Assembly: GCA_002269645.1 (NCBI GenBank)
Contig: NIVC01000076.1
Coordinates: 62,001 to 126,000 of the forward strand
Direction: 5' to 3'
Source of the DNA: Macrostomum lignano
Lineage: Eukaryota
DNA: 64,000 nucleotides
Part shown: in pieces, positions 59,671 through 64,000 of the stretch
How positions within the stretch are numbered: the first letter of the stretch is position 1
Layout: each line of letters opens with the position of its first letter
Notes under the pieces: model-generated
The model's input: only the letters and a program-made list of their open reading frames with translations
What the model was told of the DNA's origin: nothing
The model's database searches: none
Made by a program: the position numbers and the translations under genes

Positions 59671-60803
59671 TGTATCGGTTTCCCTGCCAAGATTGTGCAC
59701 GCTGTGCCAAGACGCCAGTTTTATGTTATGCTAAAAAGAATTGGAAAAGCATCATCAATGCGGTTTCATATGAAAATTTGCAATTTTAGGCTTCACAGCC
59801 TAAAGCTTTAGCATTAATGTTCCAAATACGCTCGTACTTTGTTGCAGTGCACTGTCGCCAAGCGCATGCTCATTTTGTTGTTATGCAAACTTTTTTGAAT
59901 GGCTTTGAATTGCTAATATTGCTAAAATGGAGTGCTAAAATAACTTTTTATTACAAGGTTTCTGATCTGCGCCTTTTGATTCAAGCAGTTCGCAGTGGCT
60001 ATGTGAATTTTTATGCTGTTAGTAGTTGGCGCGCGTTTTTACTGCTTTTTATTTTTATAATCTTTACTGCTCACCACCTGTATAGCTTTACAGGATGTAA
60101 GTTTTTCTCTGCAACGCAGCGACTGTTGAATTTACAAAATAAAATTTGCGTAATAAAAAATTAGGGTATTAACTATTATGTATATATAATATACTAAGTA
60201 ACTTTTTTAAAGCGCATTTAGAAATATATATTTCTTCTGTTTTGGTTTTGTTGTATTGTTTTTGCAGTATAATGTTATTATATTCATATTTTATTATAAA
60301 TGGCCTGTCACTTGGAGAAATTTGCAAAATAACAAAGGAAAGAGGATTTACATTACATTAGGCGCATATTTTAGTACACATAGGGAAGTTATTGTTTTTT
60401 GGAGTATTTGAGACTTAGGTTCAGACGACTGGCCTGAATAATCAGGGAATTTGCTTTTAGATACAAGGGTTTATAAAGCCAGTTAAAGCAATAAAAATCT
60501 GCTAATCAATGACAGTCTATTTTATAAAAACCTTTGCACACGGGTAGCATGACGACAGCACCGGAACTGAAAACCGTGCAAGAATCACATTATTATGAAT
60601 TCTAGATGAGCCAGTGCGAAGAAAAGTTCCTGTTTAAACTACTTTCTTTTGGGCATATGAAGTGCAAATAACTGCCAGATTTTGCAATGGGAAGACGTCA
60701 GATTTTTATGTTTTCGGCCGCAGGCAAATACTCAAAACCAATTAAAACTGAGATTTCGCTTTGACTATGCAATAGAATTCCCAGTGCTTTTAGGCCAACC
60801 TGT

Positions 60804-63800
60804 TCAGTCGGACAGCGGTCGCACTCTCTGCAGCAGCGCCGATCCTTGTGTGCATCCAGCTGATCCCATAGACAGTTTCACCGCTATAACGACGGCAGCC
60901 GCTACTGACGCTGTGCCTAGTAGGCTCATCAGACCAATTGCGAGCGGGGTGTCTGTTAAAAGTATTGAAAATGAAAAAATAGTTTTATTACAGATAGATC
61001 CGGCAAGAAAATGTCTTTCATGTGGCATTTCACTTTTATATGTTTTAGAATAGAATTTGTCGCAATAATTCCATCATAGAAATTCTCGCTGAACAGGCAA
61101 AACATTCAACATAGCATAGCCTCAACATAAGCATTGATCTAAATCATTGTCCAATTGAAAGTATATCTACTTCTGTCCCTACACTAGGTTAGTGTTCCAT
61201 AACCTTCACACTAAACATTTTGACTGTTGCTTACATCCTTCACAACCTGTACCACTACGGAAAGGGCCACAATCAGTGATTTGCGCCGAGGTTGCATCGC
61301 TGATGCTGATTGTTGTTGCACTTGCGACTGAATCTGATGCTGTAGCGACAGAAAGTGTTGATCCTGTGCCGGTAAATTCACTAGATGCTGCACTGGCTGC
61401 GCTTGCTGCGGTTGATAATCCACTTGCTGGAGGACTCGTAGTCAATCCTGTCGCTTGAGAACTCGGAACAGTTGTATCCGTCGTTGGCAAGCCACTTGCT
61501 GGAGCACTGGCTGTAGTCAATCCTGTCGCTTGAGAACTCGGAACAGTTGTATCCGTCGTTGGCAAGCCACTTGCTGGAGCACTGGCTGTAGTCAATCCTG
61601 TCGCTTGAGAACTCGGAACGGTTGTGTCCGTCGTTAGCACGCCACTTGTTTGAGCACTCGCTAAAACAGTGTCTGTCGATGTCACGCCTGCACTTAAAGC
61701 ACTTGGTGAATTTGTGACTGACAGAGTCGTGTCAGTCGCTTGAAAACTTGGAACACTTGTATCAGATGATGACAATCCAGTAGATAAAAAATTCAACGCT
61801 GTTGAAGTTACACTAACAGTTGATTCGGTCAATGGAGTCAGTCCTGTAACTAATGGATTGACAGTCGTTTCAGTCTGCGGTGGTCCAGTTGTTGGATTGA
61901 CAGTCGTGTCAGTCGTTGGTGAAGGACCTGTGGTTAATGGATTGACAGTTGTGTCAGTCGGTGGTGAAGGACCTGTGAATAATGGATTAACAGTCGTGTC
62001 AGCCGGTGATGAAGGTCCAGTTGTTGGATCGACAGTCGTTTCAGCCGGTGATGGAGGTCCAGTTGTTGGATCGACAGTCGTTTCAGCCGGTGATGGAGGT
62101 CCAGTTGTTGGATCGACAGTCGTTTCAGCCGGTGATGGAGGTCCAGTTGTTGGATTGACAGTCGTTTCAGCCGGTGATGGAGGTCCAGTTGTTGGATTGA
62201 CAGTCGTTTCAGCCGGTGATGGAGGTCCAGTTGTTGGATTGACAGTCGTGTCAGTTGGTGTTGAAGGACCTGTGGTTAAAGGATTGACAGTTGTGTCAGC
62301 CGGTGATGGAGGTCCAGTTGTTGGATCGACAGTCGTTTCAGCCGGTGATGGAGGTCCAGTTGTTGGATTGACAGTCGTTTCAGCCGGTGATGGAGGTCCA
62401 GTTGTTGGATTGACAGTCGTTTCAGCCGGTGATGGAGGTCCAGTTGTTGGATCGACAGTCGTTTCAGCCGGTGATGGAGGTCCAGTTGTTGGATTGACAG
62501 TCGTTTCAGCCGGTGATGGAGGTCCAGTTGTTGGATTGACAGTCGTTTCAGCCGGTGATGGAGGTCCAGTTGTTGGATCGACAGTCGTTTCAGCCGGTGA
62601 TGGAGGTCCAGTTGTTGGATTGACAGTCGTGTCAGTTGGTGTTGAAGGACCTGTGGTTAAAGGATTGACAGTTGTGTCAGCCGGTGATGGAGGTCCAGTT
62701 GTTGGATCGACAGTCGTTTCAGCCGGTGATGGAGGTCCAGTTGTTGGATTGACAGTCGTTTCAGCCGGTGATGGAGGTCCAGTTGTTGGATTGACAGTCG
62801 TTTCAGCCGGTGATGGAGGTCCAGTTGTTGGATCGACAGTCGTTTCAGCCGGTGATGGAGGTCCAGTTGTTGGATTGACAGTCGTTTCAGCCGGTGATGG
62901 AGGTCCAGTTGTTGGATTGACAGTCGTTTCAGCCGGTGATGGAGGTCCAGTTGTTGGATTGACAGTCGTGTCAGTTGGTGTTGAAGGACCTGTGGTTAAA
63001 GGATTGACAGTTGTGTCAGACGGTGGTGGAGGTCCAGTTGTTGGATCGACAGTCGTTTCAGCCGGTGATGGAGGTCCAGTTGTTGGATTGACAGTCGTTT
63101 CAGCCGGTGATGGAGGTCCAGTTGTTGGATTGACAGTCGTGTCAGTTGGTGTTGAAGGACCTGTGGTTAAAGGATTGACAGTTGTGTCAGACGGTGGTGG
63201 AGGTCCAGTTGTTGGATCGACAGTCGTTTCAGCCGGTGATGGAGGTCCAGTTGTTGGATTGACAGTCGTTTCAGCCGGTGATGGAGGTCCAGTTGTTGGA
63301 TTGACAGTCGTGTCAGTTGGTGTTGAAGGACCTGTGGTTAAAGGATTGACAGTTGTGTCAGACGGTGGTGGAGGTCCAGTTGTTGGATCGACAGTCGTTT
63401 CAGCCGGTAATGGAGGTCCAGTTGTTGGATCGACAGTCGTTTCAGCCGGTGATGGAGGTCCAGTTGTTGGATCGACAGTCGTTTCAGCCGGTGATGGAGG
63501 TCCAGTTGTTTGATTGACAGTCGTTTCAGCCGGTGATGGAGGTCCAGTTGTTGGATCGACAGTCGTTTCAGCCGGTGATGGAGGTCCAGTTGTTGGATTG
63601 ACAGTCGTTTCAGCCGGTGATGGAGGTCCAGTTGTTAGATCGACAGTCGTTTCAGCCGGTGATGGAGGTCCAGTTGTTGGATTGACAGTCGTTTCAGCCG
63701 GTGATGGAGGTCCAGTTGTTGGATTGACAGTCGTTTCAGCCGGTGATGGAGGTCCAGTTGTTGGATCGACAGTCGTTTCAGCCGGTGTTGGAGGTCCAGT

Positions 63801-64000
63801 TGTTGGATCGACAGTCGTTTCAGCCGGTGATGGAGGTCCAGTTGTTGGATTGACAGTCGTGTCAGTTGGTGTTGAAGGACCTGTGGTTAAAGGATTGACA
63901 GTTGTGTCAGACGGTGGTGGAGGTCCAGTTGTTTGATTGACAGTCGTTTCAGCCGGTGATGGAGGTCCAGTTGTTTGATTGACAGTCGTTTCAGCCGGTG
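60804..64000 (-). CDS. Membrane-tethered mucin-like protein, 3' part; exons >64000-61235 and 60952-60804
   Basis: Minus frame open from the window edge. 42-bp repeat encodes PPSPAETTV(D/N)PTTG, with interspersed DTTVNPLTTGPSTPT variants. Then a Ser/Thr-rich region and DCGPFRSGTGCEG. GTAAGC donor and TTTTAACAG acceptor (phase 1) lead to TM LAIGLMSLLGTASVAAAVVIAV and a short tail ending RVRPLSD-stop. Confidence 0.82.

Noticed and set aside
61858-63936. 551-aa and 140-aa plus-strand Gly/Val ORFs
   Set aside because: Antisense shadow of the mucin repeat. The plus frame is broken by TGA while the minus frame stays open and splices to a TM exon.

Overview
Repeat-rich animal genomic DNA with spliceosomal GT-AG introns, no prokaryotic gene organisation and no CRISPR arrays. 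The GACA/GATA microsatellites and minisatellite-filled introns resemble the flatworm Macrostomum lignano (inference only). Six protein-coding genes are supported: TMEM168 (minus, 3 exons, one frameshift); ARIH2/ariadne-2 RBR E3 ligase (plus, 4 exons); a Sec-free Sep15/SelM-family ER protein ending KTEL (plus); a single-pass receptor with a BMPR2/Wit-like kinase domain that looks catalytically dead and has almost no ectodomain (plus, 4 exons); an intronless BMI1/PCGF-type Polycomb RING protein (plus); and the 3' part of a membrane-tethered mucin (minus, runs off the window). Mobile DNA: a 5'-truncated RTE-like LINE, a tRNA-derived SINE, a ~5.6 kb foldback-like structure enclosing a satellite related to its own arms, a TA-flanked long-TIR MITE, and five CAT-ended MITE-family copies with 8-bp target-site duplications (one nested in another). 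About 20 tandem arrays produce most of the long ORFs in the supplied track, and these are artefacts. All family assignments are by-eye comparison with remembered sequences; no searches were run.
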